The notes under the pieces were generated by a model, which did not search any database, was not told the DNA's origin, and worked only from the letters and a program-made list of their open reading frames with translations. Positions 55,176 to 64,000 of a stretch of DNA of 64,000 bases are shown here, piece after piece; the stretch's first letter is position 1, and the number at the start of each line of letters is the position of its first letter. The DNA comes from Octopus vulgaris (lineage: Eukaryota), in assembly GCA_951406725.2 (NCBI GenBank), contig OX597816.1, positions 84,692,001-84,756,000 on the forward strand, read 5' to 3'. The position numbers and the translations under genes are program-made.

Positions 55176-55182
<7 letters not shown>
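51931..55182 (+). mobile_element. 5'-truncated Penelope-like element: GIY-YIG endonuclease + long CA-rich 3' region + hammerhead
   Basis: IYCIICNLCGMLYVGQTGRRLSDRFTEHLRDV...VARHF...H...RLHLEQRYIFTLQTTTPHGLN is a PLE GIY-YIG domain with CCHH residues; hammerhead motif at 55055-55089; (TA)n at both ends. Continuity across the CA-rich stretch is inferred. Confidence 0.8.
55055..55089 (+). ncRNA. Minimal hammerhead-like motif (core variant CCGACGA)
   Basis: gttt CCGACGA a GAGC tcc GCTC GAAA c GTC atac: stem II GAGC/GCTC, palindromic ACGT stem III, GUC triplet. Confidence 0.65.
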
Positions 55183-55245
<63 letters not shown>

Positions 55246-55475
55246 GTCTGTTTCTGTATTTACCCCACCCCACCACCACCATCACTTGGTGTGTTCACGT
55301 CCTCGAAACTTAGCGGTTTGGCAAAATAGAACGATAGAATAAGTATCAGGCTTACAGAAAATAAGTCCCGGTGTCGATTTCTTTGATTAAAGGCTCCAAC
55401 ATGGCCACAGTCAAATTACTGAAACAAGTAAAAGAATAAAATATATATACACACATATATATATATATACACATG

Positions 55476-55860
55476 TGGAGGCACAATGGCCCAGTGGTTA
55501 GGGCAGCGGACTCGCGGTCATAGGATCGCGGTTTCGATTCCCAGACCGGGCGTTGTGAGTGTTTATTGAGCGAAAACACCTAAAGCTCCACGAGACTCCG
55601 GCAGGGGATGGTGGTGATCCCTGCTGTACTCTTTCACCACAACTTTCTCTCACTCTTACTTCCTGTTTCTGTTGTACCTGTATTTCAAAGGGCCGGCCTT
55701 GTCACTCTCTGTGTCACGCTGAATATCCCCGAGAACTACGTTAAGGGTGCACGTGTCTGTGGAGTGCTGAGCCACTTGCATGTTAATTTCATGAGCAGGC
55801 TGTTCCGTTGATTCGGATCAACCGGAACCCTCATCGTCGTAACCGACGGAGTGCTTCCAT
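55476..55860 (+). mobile_element. tRNA-derived SINE family E, full-length
   Basis: tggcccagtggttagggc (A box), ggtttcgattccc (B box); head shared with 36570-36872, tail with 14155-14330. Confidence 0.85.
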
Positions 55861-55906
55861 CCACCCATATACACATACACGCACACACACATATACATGC
55901 ATACAT

Positions 55907-55979
<73 letters not shown>

Positions 55980-56256
55980 TTATGAGAGGTAATAAGACCC
56001 AAAGGTGTCAGGTAATGCTGAGTACGTACTATGGACAGACTATAGTTAAGCTCCTCGATTCAATAACACCGTTTACAAACTCTATGCTTCGAATGACCAA
56101 TTTTAAATACTATTTGAACTTATATATATATATATACCATTCTGCCTAAATAATGGAACTACAGATACAATATCCCTGCATATCTTACGTCTATTTCCAT
56201 TCCTCCACTTCACTCTCTATTTCATATCTTATGTAGAATAACTATTGCTTAACCAT

Positions 56257-56305
56257 CTCCTCTGATGAAGGGATATATAAAATATCCTGGAAACAGCTGT
56301 AAGAC
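56257..56305 (+). ncRNA. Minimal type I hammerhead motif in a probable PLE pLTR fragment (~56136-56370)
   Basis: CTGATGA AGGGATAT ataaa ATATCCT g GAAA cagct GTA agac: intact core, long stem II, palindromic ACAGCTGT stem III, GUA triplet; the fragment lies between (TA)n and (CA)n. Confidence 0.75.
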
Positions 56306-56426
56306 CTATTTATAAATGTTCAGAAATCTTCTACAGCCTCGGATTTTTATCTCATTCTGTTAATTTTATACACACACACATACATACACACACACATATA
56401 TACATACATACACACATACATATATG

Positions 56427-56473
<47 letters not shown>

Positions 56474-57122
56474 ATTGGCCTGCTCGCTTAGCCAGCGGGG
56501 TGGCGCCATTCGAAGGCTAAAACAGTGCGAAATGCATTGTGACTAGCGATGTGTAGCAACCTCTGATAGCCTGGTCGGTCACGGGGAGATGTACACACAC
56601 ACACACACACACACACGCACGCAGATAGATGTGTGTGTATGATAGTATTTCTCACTAGTTATGAATAAGTACTAAATAGATAAGTATTATGACTCATGAA
56701 CATTTAAGTTTCTTCTCAGTGTTTTATTGGATGGCTTTGGATAAAAATCGAAATCACAAGGTTTTGTTATTTAGACTTTATCAAATTTATAAAGATTTAC
56801 TTCCCACCTCTTTTTCTTAATTCAGCGATGATAGTAGCAGGAGGTTACTCATTAAAATGTAATAAAAAAAAAGAGAAACCAAAAGCAAGAAACAAAAAGC
56901 AAAAAAAGCAAATAGAGAATACAAAAGAAAAATAAATTTGTGATTGGCACACTTTCTTGACACAATGGTTGACGTTTTTGTTTACATTCTAATAAGTAGC
57001 ATGCTGTTTGACAAAGTATCAATCAACAAAGCCGGGAGTTACAGCGAATGAGAAAGAAAAAAAGAAAAAGAAAAAAAGGAAGAAATAGCTTCATATTAAA
57101 TACGGAGAAATTATTGGAGCAA

Positions 57123-57170
<48 letters not shown>

Positions 57171-57429
57171 TATAATTATAATAATAATAATAATAATAAT
57201 TTCTAGAAAAGGCACAAAGCCTGAAATTTGGGGATAAGTGGCGGATGAGTCGTTTACATCGACCTAAGTGCATAACTGGTACTTATTTCATCGACCTCGA
57301 AAGGGTGAAAGGCAAAGCCGCCTTTGGCGGAATTTTGAAATCAGAACGTAAGACGGACGGACGTAAGAACGGCTAAACATTTTGCCAGGAGTGCAGCAAT
57401 TCTACCAGGTCACTACCTTGATGATGATG

Positions 57430-57487
<58 letters not shown>

Positions 57488-57494
57488 TAATAAT

Positions 57495-57968
57495 CTTGGT
57501 ATAAAAGACGTCTTACAGCAAATATTCTGCTCAAAACCACAGATTTGCTTGTCAGTTGTTTAACCTTAAGCAGTTGAGCATGTCACTTAGTGGCTGACAA
57601 TATGTGCATCTCTGATCACGAGCAGAAATAGTGGGGGAGCATCATAGCCGTGTATTGAGAGGGATTCTTTGGGGTTTTAATAATTCACTTCTGAAAACAT
57701 AGGTGTTTCGTTCAACAACCTTAAACAACCCTTATTCAGGGCCCCTTTGAACGAGATGGGTTACTCGACCTGAAGAAAATTCTAACTGGGCCCCATCTGC
57801 AAGGTCATGCGCTGATTATCTTGATATGAGATCACCATGTCGCGCACATATGGTTGTGATGCCTGTGCCTAGTGTACCCTTATCAGACGGGTAGTCATAA
57901 TGGGTATACTGGACTTCGTATATTTTACCCCAGTGTCACTTTGATGGCATGCGCTGCTCTCTTACTCA
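57495..57968 (+). mobile_element. Interspersed repeat embedded in (AAT)n
   Basis: Terminal ~145 bp match 60695-60850 on the opposite strand; both end ...gctct(c/t)t(t/c)actc|aataataat. Confidence 0.7.
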
Positions 57969-58021
57969 ATAATAATAGTAATAATAATAACAATGATGAA
58001 AATAATAACAACAACAACAAC

Positions 58022-58093
<72 letters not shown>

Positions 58094-58277
58094 CCTTTCT
58101 ACTATCGGCACAAGGCCTGAAATTTGGGGAGCAGTGACAAATCGATGACATCGAGCCCAGTGCTCGACTGGTACTTAATTTATCGACCCCGGAAGCATGA
58201 AAGGCAAAGTCGACCTCGGCAGAATTTGAACTCAGAACGTAGCGACGGCCAAAATACCGCTAAGCATTTTGCCAGGT

Positions 58278-58339
<62 letters not shown>

Positions 58340-58916
58340 GGTTTCAACACAAATTTTAGCCCAAGGCCAGCAATTTTGGGGAGGAATAAGTCGATTAGCT
58401 GGACCCCTGTGTCCAGTTGGTGCTTATTTTATCGACCCCAAAAGGATGAAAAGTTAAATCACATGTGTAGTAATCGTTCTTACATCGACAACACTCTTTT
58501 CAAGACGTGTGAAGTACCAGTTAAAGCATTTCTTGCAGGGGTGGTTAGCCAGGGATCATTCTCAAATAATTTTGAGTTCCTTTTTAAATCATTCCTAGTG
58601 CTCCTACAGTCACTAGCATTGTAACCGTTTTGAGATGTTTTCAAGTTTAATGAGTAAATCTTCATATTTTCTGAGTTTATCAAATATTTTTGCTGAGATC
58701 ACAACAAATATTCATGTCAATAATAATAATAATAATTTCAAATTTATGCACAATATCAGCAATTTCGGGGAGGGATAAGTCAATTACATCAACCCCAGTG
58801 TTCGACCAGTTCGGTTTGGATACCGAAAGGATGAAAGGCAAAGTTGTTAAGAATAAGAAGAGAAAAGATTTCGGGCGCAATATAATTTGATTCAATCTGC
58901 CATTTAATATCAGCCT

Positions 58917-58995
58917 ATGAACATACGTAACTTGAAACGTCTTAATGGAACATACGTAACTTGAACATACGTAACTTGAAATGTCTTAATGGAAA
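58917..58995. repeat. Short tandem duplication (gaacatacgtaactt x3, gaaa(c/t)gtcttaatggaa x2)
   Basis: Directly visible. Confidence 0.85.
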
Positions 58996-59441
58996 GAAAG
59001 AAACATCTTTCTCAATCCCCTGGTTTCTATAAGAAAACTGAGGGGCCTCTCGTTTCTCGAGTGACCTATTATAAACAGCTGCTAGATATCCCTCCAAATC
59101 ATGTAGGTAATGTAGATTCACATGAATGATTCTGCAAACAATGGTGATCATAATGAATATGATGATGGCTTATAATCTATGTGTATGCTTACATACATAC
59201 ATACATACTTACATATAGATGTGGACCGAAGAAAAAAAACGGTAGAGCATTAAGACCACGTGGCACCTAGAATTTCTCTTGAATTTATCGCAAATCCCTT
59301 ACTCATCTCCTGATATCTGACAAGATGGGCGTGTCCCCGAGACTTTAAGTCATATGGAGCTGAGTTAAACACTTATTAAATTGCATGTAACTCTTACCAA
59401 CTGTTTTGAGTTCTACTTTCTTTCGTTTGCCCACTCAGTTG

Positions 59442-59960
<519 letters not shown>

Positions 59961-60412
59961 TATTTGTATTTGTATGTATGTATGTCTTTTAGTGGTTCGT
60001 TAACCGTATCTCTTTTCAATGCTACATTGCAAAGTAGCATATATAAATAGATTGTTTGTGACAGCTTATATAAGAAACAGACGTAAACATTTCACTATTA
60101 TATAAAATATTTTCAAAACTGAAAAACAAACCTGACTATTTGTCATTCTCTGTTGGGATTTCATCAACAACTTAGCATTTTCCATGACTGTTTACGTAAG
60201 AAATGCTTATAAACTTACAACGACTAACAGCTTGAGTAAACCGTGTAAATTGTTTGTATTCTTAGCACATATTTCAATTAATAAATTATTGATGAATGTC
60301 CCCGACGATATTCTGTATAAATACATGGCATTTGTAAGTCTTTACATAGAGTATTGGCTAAAATCTATAGATACTGCAGTACAATAGAGCACTATAACAC
60401 CACTGCATAGTA

Positions 60413-60483
<71 letters not shown>

Positions 60484-60633
60484 GTATACAATATTTCGGT
60501 GAGGGATAAAGTGTAATTTATGCATTGATTAATGAAATTTATCGATCAATTATTCAGTCATATTTTCTCTACAAGCCTCGTTTATGCTAGAGATTAACCA
60601 ATAGCTTTTACCAAGATCACTCGACTGATCCTA

Positions 60634-60694
<61 letters not shown>

Positions 60695-60889
60695 GAGTGA
60701 AAGAGCAGTGCATGCCATCAAAGTGACACTGGGGTAAAACATACGAAGCCCAGTATACCCATTATAACTACCCGTCTGATAAGGGTACACCAGGCACATG
60801 CACCACAAACATATGTGTGCGACATGGTGATCTCATATCAAGATTAACAGAGAACGTAGGTGTCAGATGAAGAGAAGAGAGGAGGGGAG

Positions 60890-61660
60890 TCAAATGAAGA
60901 GGTGAGGGGAGTTGAGCCCATGTGACGCAAAGGAGAGAAGAGAGAAGGTTAAAACCTGTTCACGGCGAAGGCGGATGTCAGGATTGCCTCTGTGCAAAGA
61001 CAATCCGAACACGTACAGGTGTTGTAATGAATGACCAGTAGAGCGGAAATGGCGCGAGACCGGGGTGTCATTGCCAAGTCTAATATCTCGGAGGTGCTCC
61101 GCGAACCAGGCAGAGAGAGCAGAGGTACTTTCCACGGAACGTGCACTGGCAAGGGCGGTGTGGATACTGGTGAGGGGATATCCACGAAGGATGAAGTGGC
61201 GAGCCATGAGTTGATACTGAGTCTCAAAGTCATGGTTGTCACTGTAGAGACTGTGCAGGTGGAGGGATTGGAAATAGGGGATGCAACGCTTGGATGGAGA
61301 GTTTGGTGTTTGTAGTGGATGGAGATAGTGAGATCGGAGTTGTGTATATTGACCGAATGTCGAGAAAGGCGAAGAAAGTGTTGGAAATGGTGCAAGAGAA
61401 TTCGAGGGCAGGATGGAAGAATTGGATAAAAGAGAGGGAGGAGTCTAGTTGTTCACGGGAGAGTGAGGTCGCGCCGATACAGTCATCAATACAACGACCG
61501 TATAGTTCGGGAGTGGGACTGGTGAATCTTGAAAATATTTGGGCCTCAATGTAGCCAACGAACAGGTTCGCATAGTTGGGGCACATTCTCGTTCCCATGG
61601 TCACTCCCGATATAGTTGGTAAAATTCCCCCGCGAACGAGAAGCATTTGAGGGATGCGCA
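60890..61660 (-). mobile_element. Penelope-like element remnant (RT + GIY-YIG, internally deleted)
   Basis: GVTMGTRMCPNYANLFVG...YGRCIDDC...HPALEFS...FLDI..SIHYK, F..RGYP, and FAEHLRDI...VSRHF...RLRREQ....HGLN; related to the 51931 GIY-YIG. Confidence 0.88.
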
Positions 61661-62714
61661 TTTATAAGTATATGTATGTATATGTGTGTGTATGTATGTA
61701 TGTATGTATGTATGTATGTATGTATGTATGTATGTATGTATGTATGTATGTATGCATGTATGTATGTAGGTAGGTATATATGTGTATATATATATATATG
61801 TGTATATGCATATATACACATATATGTGTGTAGAAAGAAGGTTGTCGTATATATGTGTATATGTGTGTGTATGTGTATGTGTGTGTGAGTTTGCATGTGT
61901 GTATATTAGTGTGAGTGTATGTGTGTGTGTGTATTTGTACGTGCTCGTGTTTTTGTATATATATATATATATATACGTGCATTGACATATGTATATGTAA
62001 TGACGTACAGAAGGTCACATATGTTTGTATATGAATACATAATGTATATTGGCTTATATTTGTACATATATAGTTACTCACATATGCTTGTGTGCGTATT
62101 TGTGTATATGTGTGTGTACATACATATTTCTATGTAGATATGTTAGTCGGAGGGTATCACCCTTGAAGCTTGAATATGTGTACTTGTGCGTGAATATGTG
62201 AATCTGTGTGTGCCTCTGTGGGTGTGCGTGTGTTTGTGTGTGTGAGATAGAGAGAGAACGAGAGAGACCAAGATCGGGAAAGAGAGAGAGAGAGAGAGAG
62301 AGAGAACGTGCGATACGAAGAGAGAAAGAGTAATAGTTAGAATTAGAGGGAATGAGAGAGAATGAAGGAGAGAGATACGGGGAAACGACGTTGCGTCTTA
62401 GTTTTATTCGTTTGCAGTAAAATTGACCAGTTGCCAGTTAGTAAATAGTGGTCATCAACCATCAACCGGTTGGGGCAATGGTAATGATGATTCGTTAGAT
62501 GAGAGAGTGGTGGTGATGGTGGCTGTTGTGGGAGAAGGAAATGTTAGCAGGAAAAAGGTCGGAAGAGGTCAGAACAATGAAGAGTTTGGGTGGGATGGCA
62601 GGTAGGCTCAAGCTGAATAAGATGGAATTAAGCAAAGTGACACGGAATGTGTGTTTGAATGTTCGAATGTTTCCCGCTATGTGTATGTATATATGTGAGT
62701 GTATGTGTGTGTGC

Positions 62715-62746
<32 letters not shown>

Positions 62747-62991
62747 GCATGTGTGAATGTGTGAAGTGGTTTTAGGTTATGGTGCAGTATGGTTTAAAGG
62801 CTAGACTACGAATAGGCTGCTTGCCAAGTCTTCCACTCCTGACCGTACGGTCAGCTATCGAGCCAAGAAAAGAATCCAAACAAAAAGAAAACAAAAAACA
62901 AAAATAAAGTAGCTATTAAACAAATAAACAAAATATGTACTATAAAACAAAAACAAGAACAACAGTAATGATGATGATGATGATGATGATG

Positions 62992-63067
<76 letters not shown>

Positions 63068-64000
63068 TAATAATAATGATAATAATACAAAGAACGCCAG
63101 TATGGGGATTTACATAAAATCGAATGATTAAAAAAGCTGAAATGTTAGTATACATGATATATAAGTTCAGCGAAAGAAATTAAATATAAATATGCATGCT
63201 ATGCAGCAGTAAAGCAATGTTGATGATGAGGCAATCTGATAGAGATTGATTCTGATAGTGGAGGACCTCTAGCGTTAATCGAAGAACTCACCATCCAAGA
63301 ACTCCCTGAGTACCAAGAGTGAGTGCTCCCACTAATTTTCGTTTCCCGACTTATAGATTTATATTCTAAACGGTCCCACCCACTCTTGTCATTTATGCTA
63401 TTCTCAATAAATTCGTTCAAGGACAACACCTTTCATGTGGAAGCTGAACAGTTCAACGAGGCCTCTATTAAAGAGGCAAGTCTCCGTCCTCATACATTTC
63501 AACCACGTCAACCACACAACTCCTCTCGTTTTAGTCACAAGATAGGGGAAAACTGTCTTCGCTTCGGATAAAGAAGGGCGGTTAGGCAATCATCACGATG
63601 GACACAGTTAATATTCTAATAGAAAAATAATGGTCTCCGATTTCAGTACCAGGTCAAATATTTTGAGGGGTAAATGGAAAGTCAATTCCATCGATCCAGT
63701 TACTATTACTTTTTTTTCTCGAACTTGGAAGATTAAAATGCAGAGTTGACCTTAGTGGAATTTGTTCTCAGAACATAAAGAGCCAAAACAAATGCCGTAA
63801 AGCATTTTTGCTGGAGCTCTAACGTTTCTGTCACCACACAAGGAAAAAAAGGCCGGCAGTCATCCAGCAGAATACGTGGCACACAGACTGCCAGCTAAAC
63901 AGATAACTAAATTTGCTTCTCTTTCCTTCTAAATGCAAATGTAGGGATACATTCGTGTCTTTTGTGTATAAAACGATTGCCTGAGGTATTGTCCTTTGGC

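Noticed and set aside
58917-58995. CRISPR-like repeat-spacer pattern
   Set aside because: The 'spacers' are themselves duplicated; eukaryotic context with no cas genes; simple slippage duplication.
63199-63590. Possible exon or PLE endonuclease remnant
   Set aside because: Only vague resemblance (KEA-like motif); not supportable.

Overview
AT-rich, microsatellite-saturated animal genomic DNA. The SINE/LINE repertoire looks like a coleoid cephalopod (Octopus-like); this is recognition, not a database result. One host protein-coding gene is supported: GPN-loop GTPase 2 (GPN2) on the minus strand, with a 625-nt exon at 6590-7214 and a probable non-coding first exon and YY1/ETS promoter near 13158-13205. 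Its 3' exons were not found in the window. The rest is nested mobile DNA: several tRNA-derived SINE families, a near full-length frameshifted CR1-group LINE (47063-51920), RTE, Tx1/L1, R4-like and HERO-like LINE remnants, a Gypsy remnant, two mariner remnants, MULE/hAT/piggyBac MITEs with visible target-site duplications, a non-autonomous Helitron, and Penelope-like elements (PLEs). Most notable observations: (1) a promoterless U6 snRNA copy fused to a foreign ~55-nt tail and folded into a ~290-bp tails-out palindrome between (TA)n tracts, with a second palindrome of the same architecture at 1984-2228; (2) three distinct minimal hammerhead ribozyme motifs; (3) two SINE families whose 3' tails match the 3' ends of two different LINEs in this same window, one with an apparent target-site preference. 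Most long ORFs in the track are microsatellite artefacts. Alignments were done by eye, so remnant boundaries are approximate.
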